DNA of 64,000 nt from an uncultured Candidatus Saccharibacteria bacterium (GTDB lineage: Bacteria; Patescibacteriota; Minisyncoccia; Phycocordibacterales; SBAW01): the NCBI GenBank assembly GCA_964615415.1, contig CAZTNI010000001.1, positions 176,746-240,745 of the forward strand, in the 5' to 3' direction. This document shows, piece after piece, positions 40,081 to 49,081 of this stretch; position 1 is the stretch's first letter; the number at the start of each line of letters is the position of its first letter. The notes under the pieces are model-generated. The model made no database searches. It was not told the DNA's origin and worked only from the letters and a program-made list of their open reading frames with translations. A program made the translations under genes and the position numbers.

Positions 40081-41244
40081 TTATTTTGCTTTGCGTTTTG
40101 CCTTCTTTGCGAGGAAAGTTTTGACCATCTGCGCTGCCGTTGCCTCAACTGCTGGCACGACAACCGCGTTGCCAAACTGCCTGTACGCCTGTGTATCAGA
40201 TACTACTACCTTGCACTCCTTCGGGAAACCCATTAGTTTGGCGCACTCCTGTGGTGTCAGACGGCGTGGAGATTTCCTGTCTTTCTGCTCAATAAGGATT
40301 TCAGAACCGTCCTTGTAGTAACGGGCGCTCAACGTTCTGGTGATGCCGTTAGGGTCAGCGATGCCGAAGCCAAAACCGTTTCCCTTTTCCCGATGACGCT
40401 GTGCGTAGTTCTGCAAATACTGCCACAGATGGTCAGTGAGGGTATATTTTGCATCAGGTTTCTTCTCCAAAATGTCTTTGAGTTTTGCTTTGAGTGGCGG
40501 TGGTTCTGGGAACATGAAGTCAGGGTTCTCTCCAAACACCGACTTCTTGAAAGCGATGATGAAAATGCGCTCGCGGTGCTGCGGAACCCAGTGTGCAGCA
40601 TCATATACCCGCGTGAACGTCACGTAGCCGAGGTCTTTCAGCGTGTTCATTATCACGGTCCACGTCTTGCCTCCATCGTGTGACTGTAGGTTTTTTACGT
40701 TCTCCAAGAAAAGTACCGATGGCTTTTTTGCCTGAATAATCGTGGCAAGGTAGAAGAAAAGATTACCTTGATTTTTATCCTTAAAACCGTGCTCCAAACC
40801 CAAACTCTTTTTCTTTGAAACCCCTGCGAGAGAGAAGGGCTGGCAAGGAAAACCAGCAGCCAACACATCGTGATTGGGAATGTCTGCGGGCTTTACCTTT
40901 CGGATGTCACCTGCGGGCATCTCACCAAACCACGCCTTATAGGTTTTCTGGGAATACTTGTCCCATTCTGAAGTATAAACACACTCACCGCCAAGTTTCT
41001 CAAGAGCTATCCTGAATCCGCCAATCCCGGCAAAGAGGTCGATAAACGTAAAAGTAGTTGGAACATTTGGTTTGGGGAAAAGACGTTCACTTGGGAAAAG
41101 CTCTCGTTGTTGTACCTCTTTAGAGAGCTTGTTAAGCACAGTTAGTACGAACTCTTGTTGAGTCATGTTCTGTTGCTGCCGTTCTTTTTCAATCCATTTT
41201 TCAGTAGCAGTCGGTATATTCCTTACTAAAAGTTGCTTGCTCAT
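40081..41244 (-). CDS. DNA (cytosine-5) methyltransferase with an N-terminal ribbon-helix-helix-like extension
   Basis: Motif I FIDLFAGIGGF. Motif IV GFPCQPFSLAG. ENV motif. N-terminal QLLVRNIPTATEKWIEKERQQQNMTQQEFVLTVLNK matches the RHH (CopG/Arc) pattern. The only ATG is at 41242-41244. Confidence 0.85.
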   Translation of the reverse strand: MSKQLLVRNIPTATEKWIEKERQQQNMTQQEFVLTVLNKLSKEVQQRELFPSERLFPKPNVPTTFTFIDLFAGIGGFRIALEKLGGECVYTSEWDKYSQKTYKAWFGEMPAGDIRKVKPADIPNHDVLAAGFPCQPFSLAGVSKKKSLGLEHGFKDKNQGNLFFYLATIIQAKKPSVLFLENVKNLQSHDGGKTWTVIMNTLKDLGYVTFTRVYDAAHWVPQHRERIFIIAFKKSVFGENPDFMFPEPPPLKAKLKDILEKKPDAKYTLTDHLWQYLQNYAQRHREKGNGFGFGIADPNGITRTLSARYYKDGSEILIEQKDRKSPRRLTPQECAKLMGFPKECKVVVSDTQAYRQFGNAVVVPAVEATAAQMVKTFLAKKAKRKAK

Positions 41245-41336
41245 GTCTCTGTGAATATATGATAGCAAATATACCCAGCTCTGGTATAACTAGTTTTCCA
41301 CAGAACATCAAACTTAGAGGTTCAAAGTTGCCAATC

Positions 41337-41426
41337 TGGCGGAGAGGGAGGGATTCGAACCCTCGGAACCCTTTCGGGCTCAACAACTTAGCAGGTTGCT
41401 CCATTCGGCCGCTCTGGCACCTCTCC
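41337..41426 (-). tRNA. tRNA-Ser(GCU), type II
   Basis: Minus strand GGAGAGG-UG-CCA-...-GCAAC-CUGCUAA-GUUGU-(long variable arm)-GAGGG-UUCGAAU-CCCUC-CCUCUCC-G-CCA. G73 discriminator. CCA encoded. Confidence 0.85.
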
Positions 41427-41498
41427 AATGCAGTCATTTATAGCTTTTTTATGGCTTTTCCGCTACTTGTCTGTTCGGCGCAGCCCTAGATTTGTAGT

Positions 41499-42095
41499 AT
41501 GATCCAGGGTATGGAAAATACACTCACGCAAAAAAAGCGCTTTCCGAGCCTGCTTATTATTTTGATTGTTCTTGCAGTGCTTGTCGTTGCGTACGGAGGA
41601 ATAAAGTATAACGGTCTTGTGAAGAGTAGCGAGTCTATTAGTGCACAGTGGGCACAGGTCGAGTCGCAATATCAGCGTCGCTTTGACCTCATTCCTAACC
41701 TGGTTAATTCAGTAAAAGGAATTATGACGCAGGAGCAGGAAATATTTACTGCGATTGCAGATGCGCGTTCTCGATACGCGGGTGCGACAACACCTGATGC
41801 ACAAGCGGCGGCTGCAGGCGAGGTGGAATCATCACTCGCACGGTTGCTTGTGGTCATGGAAAACTATCCGCAGCTGCGTTCTGTTGAGACAGTACAAAGC
41901 CTGATGGCAGAACTTGCAGGCACAGAAAACCGCATTGCGGTAGAGCGTATGCGCTACAACGAGTTAGTGCGCGACTACAACGTGAGTGTAAAGACGTTCC
42001 CTGGGTCGCTTATTGCAGGTGTGTTTGGATTTGATCCACGCACGCTGTTTGAAGCACAGACGGATGCAGACACTGCTCCGGAAGTAAACTTCTAG
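41499..42095 (+). CDS. lemA: LemA family protein
   Basis: N-terminal TM, then the conserved LemA pattern ... AQWAQVESQYQRRFDLIPNLV ... NYPQLRS ... RYNE. Confidence 0.85.
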   Translation: MIQGMENTLTQKKRFPSLLIILIVLAVLVVAYGGIKYNGLVKSSESISAQWAQVESQYQRRFDLIPNLVNSVKGIMTQEQEIFTAIADARSRYAGATTPDAQAAAAGEVESSLARLLVVMENYPQLRSVETVQSLMAELAGTENRIAVERMRYNELVRDYNVSVKTFPGSLIAGVFGFDPRTLFEAQTDADTAPEVNF

Positions 42096-42097
42096 CC

Positions 42098-42985
42098 ATG
42101 AGAAAAGTGCTCGGTGCAATAAGTGTGCTGTGTGCAGCGCTGATGTTGCCCGTAGCGGCTTTTGCCTACACATCACCGGGAGAGCCGACGGGGTATGTAA
42201 ATGACTTTGCAGGCGTTTTGCGTGCTGAAACTATCAGTACGCTGAATACCGAACTTAACTTGTTTGAAGCATCTACTTCGAATCAAATCGCTGTCGTGAC
42301 AGTAAGAAATCTCGGAGGCGATTATATTGAACACTATGCCGCGGAGTTATTTAAGGACTGGGGTATAGGAAAAGAAAAAGAAGATAATGGAGTCTTGTTG
42401 CTGTTGGCTATTGATGACCGGGAATTGCGCATCGAAGTTGGGTATGGATTGGAAGGCGCTCTGCCGGACTCTCTTGCACAGCGCATCATCAACAATGACA
42501 TAGTGCCGCTCCTTAAAGAGGAGGAGTATGATGCTGCGGTGCAAGTGGGGGTAGAAAAAATTGCAGTTGCGATACGAGGTGAGTATGTGAGTGGAGGTGT
42601 TGTGGGTATGGAAGGCAACTTTGACCTCATCATTACGTTCCTTATAGGAAGTCTACTTGTCTTGCCCTGGGGTGCGGCGATATTTGCTCGGAGTAAGTCA
42701 TGGTGGGCAGGAGGTGTTGTTGGAGTGCTTTTGGGAGTTGGGGCGGGATTCTTTTTTGGACTAGCGCTCTGGTTAGCTGCTATTGTGGCAGCCGCACTCG
42801 GACTATTCGGTTTAATTTTAGACTTTATAGTCTCAAACGCCTACAAACATGCATGGAGTATGGGAAGCGGTACGTCTATTCCGTGGTGGGCTGGAGGCGG
42901 CCACACAAGCGGCAGCTCTTCCGGAAGTTGGGGCGGATTCGGTGGCGGTTCGTCTGGCGGCGGCGGCGCGTCAGGAAGTTGGTAG
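42098..42985 (+). CDS. TPM-domain (YgcG-like) protein with a Gly/Ser-rich C-terminus
   Basis: Signal peptide. TPM-like domain. C-terminal TM followed by GGGHTSGSSSGSWGGFGGGSSGGGGASGSW. Classic LemA-TPM pair. Confidence 0.75.
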   Translation: MRKVLGAISVLCAALMLPVAAFAYTSPGEPTGYVNDFAGVLRAETISTLNTELNLFEASTSNQIAVVTVRNLGGDYIEHYAAELFKDWGIGKEKEDNGVLLLLAIDDRELRIEVGYGLEGALPDSLAQRIINNDIVPLLKEEEYDAAVQVGVEKIAVAIRGEYVSGGVVGMEGNFDLIITFLIGSLLVLPWGAAIFARSKSWWAGGVVGVLLGVGAGFFFGLALWLAAIVAAALGLFGLILDFIVSNAYKHAWSMGSGTSIPWWAGGGHTSGSSSGSWGGFGGGSSGGGGASGSW

Positions 42986-43085
42986 ATTAATAGTGTTCTA
43001 AAACTTCGACCCTAAGGGTTCATAGATTCGTCTGTAGTTAAGAATTTCTTCCCCTTGTGTTATAGTCAGGCTTTGGAAGTACTCT

Positions 43086-43487
43086 TTGCTCAAACCGGAG
43101 GTTTACATGAGCACCGCGACATCTGCATACGCCCAATTTGTAGGGCAGATACCGCGCTTTAAACCGCGCGTGTTGTATCTCAAGCTTTCCGATTGGTTGA
43201 TGTATTGGGCACGTGACTGCTCGTACGTTGCTACGCCCACTACGCATCCACAGATCGAACTTCTTGTCTGCGATAAAGAAGTAGTCGGGGTAAAAATCCT
43301 CAGCTTCTCGCTGTTGCCGCGCAGCGTGCGCGATCGCCTACTTGAAGCAACTCGCCTCGACTTGGACGCAATTACTGGTATTGAAGAGCTGTGGAAATTG
43401 AATCTCAAAGAAATGTCGCCCGAACTCAGTGCCTCTGAGATGATCTTTTTCCAAGAACTGCGCAGAGTTGGTACGGCGTTTGTATAG
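43086..43487 (+). CDS. hypothetical protein
   Basis: 133-aa ORF. Confidence 0.45.
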   Translation: MLKPEVYMSTATSAYAQFVGQIPRFKPRVLYLKLSDWLMYWARDCSYVATPTTHPQIELLVCDKEVVGVKILSFSLLPRSVRDRLLEATRLDLDAITGIEELWKLNLKEMSPELSASEMIFFQELRRVGTAFV

Positions 43488-43534
43488 TGCCTTCGCCCCG
43501 TGATTCGTCACGGGGCGTTTTGTATACTGTATCT

Positions 43535-43960
43535 ATGAACAGAGTTGCACATTTCGAAATTCATGCGGACGACCCGGATCGTGCGCAAAAATTTTATGAG
43601 TCAGTGTTTGGGTGGAAGTTTATTGCCATGGGCGAAGAATATGGTGGGTATCGTGTTGTGGTGACTGGTCCAGGTCCTGATGATATTGCTGCTGGTAAAG
43701 TACCCATGGAAAACATCGGTATTAATGGTGGTATGTTGCAGCGCAATGCGCCAAAACCAGCTGCGGGCATGTCGCCAATGTCGTTTGTGTGTTTGGTAAG
43801 TGTCGATAATATTGATACCTATATTGAGAAGGCTAGAGCTGCGGGTGGCGTAGAACATATGCCGAGAACAGATATACCAAAGGTGGGTATTGTTGCTTAC
43901 TATGCTGACACAGAAGGAAATCTATTTGGTATGATCCAGCCTGAGATGCCGACTGCGTAG
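43535..43960 (+). CDS. VOC/glyoxalase-family protein
   Basis: MNRVAHFEIHADDPDRAQKFYESVFGWKF. Internal ATG preceded by TTGTATACT. Confidence 0.75.
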   Translation: MNRVAHFEIHADDPDRAQKFYESVFGWKFIAMGEEYGGYRVVVTGPGPDDIAAGKVPMENIGINGGMLQRNAPKPAAGMSPMSFVCLVSVDNIDTYIEKARAAGGVEHMPRTDIPKVGIVAYYADTEGNLFGMIQPEMPTA

Positions 43961-43973
43961 TCGGGGTCTCTCA

Positions 43974-44058
43974 GGAGAGATGGATGAGTGGTTTAAATCA
44001 ACAGTTTACTAAACTGTCGATCCGCAAGGATCCGTGGGTTCGAATCCCACTCTCTCCG
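43974..44058 (+). tRNA. Ser-like type II tRNA with an unusual anticodon loop UUACUAA (anticodon ACU)
   Basis: GGAGAGA-UG-GAU-GAGUGGUUUAA-AUC-A-ACAGU-UUACUAA-ACUGU-(16-nt variable arm GAUCC-GCAA-GGAUC)-GUGGG-UUCGAAU-CCCAC-UCUCUCC-G. All stems pair. G73 discriminator and 3-bp D-stem as in tRNA-Ser. Confidence 0.55.
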
Positions 44059-44104
44059 CATAAAGAAAGATATACGTGCCTCATCCGTCAGGTACTATAC
44101 AAAC

Positions 44105-44641
44105 ATGAAAAAAGTATTTATTGCGCTTGTTTTTCTGCTTATTCTTGGCGGGACTAGCCTTGCTTTTGCCTATACTCAAGGATGGGTAAAGATCCCTACT
44201 TCTTCACCCGTAGCAACTACAACTCCAGAGTCGTGGGAGTGTGATGGGGATGCGTATATCTGTCCTGATGGCTCGAGCGTTGGTCGCACTGGCCCGCGTT
44301 GCGAGTTTGCTGCGTGTCCTGCGCCTAATGCAACCTCAAGTATCCTTACCACCTATGTAGGCGGGACGGTTACTGGTCTTGCTGTCTCAGTAAATCCTAA
44401 AGAAGTAATCTCTGATAGCCGCTGTCCAGTCAATGTGCAATGCGTGTGGGCGGGTACAGTAGAAGTGCGTACGGTTATATCGACACAAGTGGCCCACGGT
44501 GAACATATTTTGAAGTTAGGCGAGCCGCAGACGTTCGGTGACTTTTTCGTGACCCTGGTAGCAGTAACTCCTGCGGCTGTAGCGGGCGAGGAAATTCCTG
44601 ATAGTTCGTACCGTTTTACCTTTGAAGTAAAGAAGAAATAG
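44105..44641 (+). CDS. secreted Cys-containing protein, unknown function
   Basis: Signal peptide MKKVFIALVFLLILGGTSLAFA. Confidence 0.5.
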   Translation: MKKVFIALVFLLILGGTSLAFAYTQGWVKIPTSSPVATTTPESWECDGDAYICPDGSSVGRTGPRCEFAACPAPNATSSILTTYVGGTVTGLAVSVNPKEVISDSRCPVNVQCVWAGTVEVRTVISTQVAHGEHILKLGEPQTFGDFFVTLVAVTPAAVAGEEIPDSSYRFTFEVKKK

Positions 44642-44670
44642 CTTTTCAAAAACTGCTGCTGTACCATAGG

Positions 44671-46254
44671 GTGCGCATGACCCAGGCAGAAGCACTGACT
44701 ATTTTAAAAACAGGGGCGAATGTTTTTTTAACCGGAGAACCGGGGAGCGGTAAGTCGCACACGGTTAATCAGTATGTTGCGTGGCTGCGTGCGCATGGGC
44801 TGCAACCCGCAATCACTGCTTCAACGGGTATCGCAGCAACGCATGTTGGCGGGTACACCATACACTCCTGGAGCGGCATCGGTATAAAAAAGAAGCTTAC
44901 CAACTATGACCTCGACCAAATAACGCAGAATAAGCGTATCTACGAACAAGTTGGTCGAGCAAAAATTTTAATTATCGACGAAGTCTCGATGCTCTCTGCA
45001 CAGACGCTCGATATGGTCGAGGCGGTGTGTCGAGCAGTTCGTCGCAAGGATGAGCCATTTGGCGGGCTGCAAGTTATCTTGGTTGGAGATTTTTTCCAAC
45101 TGCCGCCCGTTGTGAAGCGAGAAGAGAATGATGAGCAAGATTCGTTATCGCTCGAACCAGTGTCGCCGCAGTTCGCATTCGAGTCTGCTGCGTGGAGAAA
45201 ACTCTCTCCGCTCGTGTGCTATTTGTCGGAACAGCATCGCCAGGAAGACGCAACGTTTTTGGAATTTCTGACTGCTATCCGGCGTGGAAGTGTCGTTGAG
45301 GGTCATAAAGATTTGTTGCGTAAGCGGTATAGTCCGCGACCGAAAGGTGACATTACTCAGCTGTATTCGCACAATGCGGACGTGGATGCGCTCAATGATC
45401 GCGAGCTTGCTAAATTGTCGGACGCTTCTCGGGTCTTTCATATGGTGAGCCATGGGTCAGAAAAGTTAGTTGATGCTCTTAAGCGCGGCTGCCTCTCGCC
45501 GGAATCTCTGGTGCTTAAAGTTGGCGCGCGCGTCATGTTTACGAAAAATGATGTGCAAACGCATCGGTACGCAAACGGCACGCTTGGGGTTGTGGCCGAT
45601 TTCGTAAAAGAAACCGGACTACCTGTTGTTAAAACGAAGTCGGGAAAGAGTTTGATGGTTGAACCAGTAGAGTGGAGTTTAATCGACAACGGCAAAATTC
45701 TTGCGCGGATTACACAGCTACCGCTCCGACTTGCGTGGGCGATGACGGTGCATAAAAGCCAAGGCATGTCGCTCGATGCAGCGCATATGGACCTCTCGCA
45801 AACATTTGAATATGGGCAAGGGTATGTCGCTCTTTCGCGTGTGCGCACGTTAGAGGGACTTTCCATTGCGGGGCTTAATGACCGCGCGCTTCAAGTACAT
45901 CCAACTATTTTAGAAAAAGATGAACTATTTCGGGAACAGTCAGACGCTGCAGGCGAGGCATTTTCAAAATTATCTCCTGCCGATATAGAAAAAATGCAGA
46001 ATAATTTTATCGATGCTATGGGCGGAAGTAGAGAAGCAAAAGAGGTTGCGGTAGTAGAAACAAAGTCTAAGTTGGAAACCATGCGCGAGACGCATCAAAA
46101 TGCCTACCGCAAATGGAGCAAGGACGAGGAGGGTGACCTGATCCGCCGTTTTGAAGGCGGAGAGAAGCAGTCTGCTATTGCTAAGGCACTTGGACGGAAA
46201 CCGGGCGCTATCCGCTCTCGGCTCATCAAGCTCGGTTTGATTGAAGAGGACTAA
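44671..46254 (+). CDS. PIF1/RecD-family (AAA_30) DNA helicase with a C-terminal HTH
   Basis: Walker A TGEPGSGKSH. Walker B ILIIDEVSM. VLVGDFFQLPPV. C-terminal KQSAIAKALGRKPGAIRSRLIKLG. Confidence 0.8.
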   Translation: MRMTQAEALTILKTGANVFLTGEPGSGKSHTVNQYVAWLRAHGLQPAITASTGIAATHVGGYTIHSWSGIGIKKKLTNYDLDQITQNKRIYEQVGRAKILIIDEVSMLSAQTLDMVEAVCRAVRRKDEPFGGLQVILVGDFFQLPPVVKREENDEQDSLSLEPVSPQFAFESAAWRKLSPLVCYLSEQHRQEDATFLEFLTAIRRGSVVEGHKDLLRKRYSPRPKGDITQLYSHNADVDALNDRELAKLSDASRVFHMVSHGSEKLVDALKRGCLSPESLVLKVGARVMFTKNDVQTHRYANGTLGVVADFVKETGLPVVKTKSGKSLMVEPVEWSLIDNGKILARITQLPLRLAWAMTVHKSQGMSLDAAHMDLSQTFEYGQGYVALSRVRTLEGLSIAGLNDRALQVHPTILEKDELFREQSDAAGEAFSKLSPADIEKMQNNFIDAMGGSREAKEVAVVETKSKLETMRETHQNAYRKWSKDEEGDLIRRFEGGEKQSAIAKALGRKPGAIRSRLIKLGLIEED

Positions 46255-46286
46255 TCTGTAAAGACAGAGGTATACTACTAGTACCT

Positions 46287-46622
46287 ATGCGGAAAAAAGC
46301 TCCTCAACAGCCAGACCACTCGTGGCATGCACACGCAGATCCTGCGCATAAGCATTTTTCAGAATTAGAAACGCAACACGAAGAGAAGCAAGCAAAATTT
46401 TCTCAAAAGTTTAACACTGAGAACCATCGTCCTGCGGCAGGGGTCAATACGTACAATATTGCAGAATCATTCACTCTTGGGGTATTGGCGTTTGTGGGTG
46501 TGGTAGCGGCAGGTTGGATGACATATCGCATGGTCCAGATGTTTCCTGCTGATGTGCATACGGCAGCAACATTTTTGTTTGGCGAATCAGAATCTAATTC
46601 GACGGTACAGGTAGAAATATAG
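46287..46622 (+). CDS. hypothetical small membrane protein
   Basis: AGGTATACT box 10 nt upstream. One TM. Confidence 0.45.
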   Translation: MRKKAPQQPDHSWHAHADPAHKHFSELETQHEEKQAKFSQKFNTENHRPAAGVNTYNIAESFTLGVLAFVGVVAAGWMTYRMVQMFPADVHTAATFLFGESESNSTVQVEI

Positions 46623-46676
46623 TTTCTAGTAGGCCTTCCCGAAAAACTCATCTATATTCGGGACAATAGAGTGCGT

Positions 46677-47705
46677 ATGAAAATTGCACAAATTGCTCCG
46701 ATGGTTGAGCGCGTGCCACCAAAAAAATACGGTGGTACCGAGCGCGTGGTGCATGCCCTGGTGGAAGAGCTGGTTCGTCGTGGACATGATGTAACACTTT
46801 TTGCGAGTGGGGACTCTCACACATCTGCAAAATTAATACCTGTGTTCCCTCGCAATTTACGCGAAGCCCGGGTGAAAGACTTGTATGGTGTAAATCATAT
46901 AACTCTATTAAACATAGGGTTAGCGTATGACATGCAAGACGACTTTGATGTTATGCATGACCACCTAGCGCCCATAAGTCTTCCTGCTGCAAATTTAACG
47001 ACAACCCCAACGGTTATGACCATGCATGGCGCATTTAATGCAGAAAATAGAAAATTGTTCCAAACATTACAGAAACCGCATATTGTTACTATTTCCGAAG
47101 CGCAGAGTTACGCCGTGCCAAACCTTAATCATATTGCTACGGTCCATAACGGTCTGGTTATGGATGACTACCCGTTTGTTGAGGGTGCATCAGATGATTA
47201 TCTGCTGTTCGTTGGACGCATTTCGATGGAGAAGGGAACCCATATTGCTATTGAAGCGGCACAGCAGCTCGATAAACGACTTATTATTGCCGCAAAGCTC
47301 GATAAGCAAGATCAGCCATACTTTAAAGAATATGTAGAACCCGCGTTGTCGGAACGTATTGTGTGGATTGGAGAGGTTGATGAGGCGGAGCGCAACAAAC
47401 TGATGAGTCGAGCGCTCTGTTTTTTGCATCCTGTTACATGGCGCGAGCCATTCGGGCTGACCCTTATTGAAGCTATGGCATCGGGCTGTCCGGTAATAGC
47501 GTTTAATAAGGGTTCGATTCCTGAAATCATTAAAAATGGCGAAACTGGGTACGTGGTTGAGGATGTGGAAGGCATGATAGAGGCGATTCAAAATATTTCT
47601 TCTATCAGTAGAGCAGAGTGCCGAGCTCATGCACTCACGAACTTTAGCGCAAAGCGCATGGCTGAGCGATACGAAGAGGTCTATAAGCAGGTGGTAGGGG
47701 TGTGA
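46677..47705 (+). CDS. family 4 glycosyltransferase
   Basis: EPFGLTLIEAMASGCPVIA and the EX7E-like region. Confidence 0.85.
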   Translation: MKIAQIAPMVERVPPKKYGGTERVVHALVEELVRRGHDVTLFASGDSHTSAKLIPVFPRNLREARVKDLYGVNHITLLNIGLAYDMQDDFDVMHDHLAPISLPAANLTTTPTVMTMHGAFNAENRKLFQTLQKPHIVTISEAQSYAVPNLNHIATVHNGLVMDDYPFVEGASDDYLLFVGRISMEKGTHIAIEAAQQLDKRLIIAAKLDKQDQPYFKEYVEPALSERIVWIGEVDEAERNKLMSRALCFLHPVTWREPFGLTLIEAMASGCPVIAFNKGSIPEIIKNGETGYVVEDVEGMIEAIQNISSISRAECRAHALTNFSAKRMAERYEEVYKQVVGV

Positions 47706-47737
47706 TCTTCATAGAAACCCTTTGCACGTAAGGTTTT

Positions 47738-49081
47738 TTGAGTACAATCGTTATAGGTACTATGACGATCAAGATGCCGCGCGTGCAAGACAGCCGCACT
47801 CAAGATAAATTATGGGAGCTTGGCCTCACGAGTCTTCAAGCGCTCGAAACTGAGCGTGGTATTTTGGCGTCAGGTCGCGAAGAAGTATATGGCTGTATCT
47901 TCGGTCGCGATTCTTTGATCACGAGTCTGACGCTCTTGCGTGTATACGAAAAAACCAAAGACCCGTATTTTCTGTCTCTGGTAAAAAAAGTTCTCATTCA
48001 TTTGGCTGAACTTCAGGGTACTCAGATAAATATAGAAAGTGGAGAAGAGCCGGGAAAATGTATACACGAGTATCGTACTCAGGGGTACGAACACTTAGTG
48101 AGTCATCCGACCAACCGATGGTACCTGTATCCTGATCAGATTATGCGCAACTACGACTCAGTAGATGCGACCCCGCTGTTTCTTATGGCGGTGCATGCCT
48201 ATTATCGCGCGAGCGGGGATCGTGAGCTGGTAGAAACGTTACTCCCAAACGTCCGCCTAGCTCTTAATTGGCTGTTTGAATATGGAGATACAAATAACGA
48301 CGGGTTTATAGACTACCGGTTTCATCCGGATCGCACGTATGGTGGCCTTAAGACACAAAGTTGGATGGATAGTTCGGAATCGCTGTTCCATGAAGATGGG
48401 TCTCCAGTGCCGTATCCGATCGCTCCGGTTGAGGTGCAAGCGTATACCTATGTAGCGCTGCGTGCGTGGAGTGATTTCTTTGCGATACGCGAACCGCTCT
48501 TTTCAGCAGAACTAAAAGAGCGTGCTCGTGCTTTGAAAGTGCTCTTTAATACAAAATTTGTATTGCGTAAACACGGAGGTGGCGTCAGTCTCGCATTCGC
48601 GCTCGACGGGAATGGACGCCCGTTGCGTAGCCCTCGCTCAAGTATGGGTCATACACTCTGGGCAGTATGGAAAGAAGATAGTGGCGCCCTAGAGAGTATT
48701 TTGGATCATCAGTACATTACACGAGTTGCTGAGCGGCTCTTGGCTAAAGATCTGTATGTGCAACGCGCAGGTATTCGCACTCTTTCAAGTCGGTCGCGCT
48801 TCTTTGACCCTACGAGTTATCACAACGGTTCTATTTGGCCGCACGATACCGCGATGCTCGCTGAAGGGCTCGAAAACTTTGGTTTTGATGTGGAAGCGAA
48901 ACGTGTGCGCGATGCTCTTTTGCGAGCGTATCTTCACTTCTCGACTCCTATAGAACTGTTTGTGTACGTGCGCCGATCATATAAAGAGTTTGTTCGTGGT
49001 GATGGAATGGGTGGTGCGTGCCGTAATCAAGCCTGGAGTGCTGCAGCCCTGCTTGCCTTAGTGCGCGCATACCAAGACTAG
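47738..49081 (+). CDS. (alpha/alpha)6-barrel glycoside hydrolase, amylo-alpha-1,6-glucosidase / GDE C-terminal domain-like
   Basis: TTG start. DSLITSLTLL ... DATPLFLMAVHAYYRASGD ... NDGFIDY ... GLKTQSWMDS. Confidence 0.55.
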   Translation: MSTIVIGTMTIKMPRVQDSRTQDKLWELGLTSLQALETERGILASGREEVYGCIFGRDSLITSLTLLRVYEKTKDPYFLSLVKKVLIHLAELQGTQINIESGEEPGKCIHEYRTQGYEHLVSHPTNRWYLYPDQIMRNYDSVDATPLFLMAVHAYYRASGDRELVETLLPNVRLALNWLFEYGDTNNDGFIDYRFHPDRTYGGLKTQSWMDSSESLFHEDGSPVPYPIAPVEVQAYTYVALRAWSDFFAIREPLFSAELKERARALKVLFNTKFVLRKHGGGVSLAFALDGNGRPLRSPRSSMGHTLWAVWKEDSGALESILDHQYITRVAERLLAKDLYVQRAGIRTLSSRSRFFDPTSYHNGSIWPHDTAMLAEGLENFGFDVEAKRVRDALLRAYLHFSTPIELFVYVRRSYKEFVRGDGMGGACRNQAWSAAALLALVRAYQD

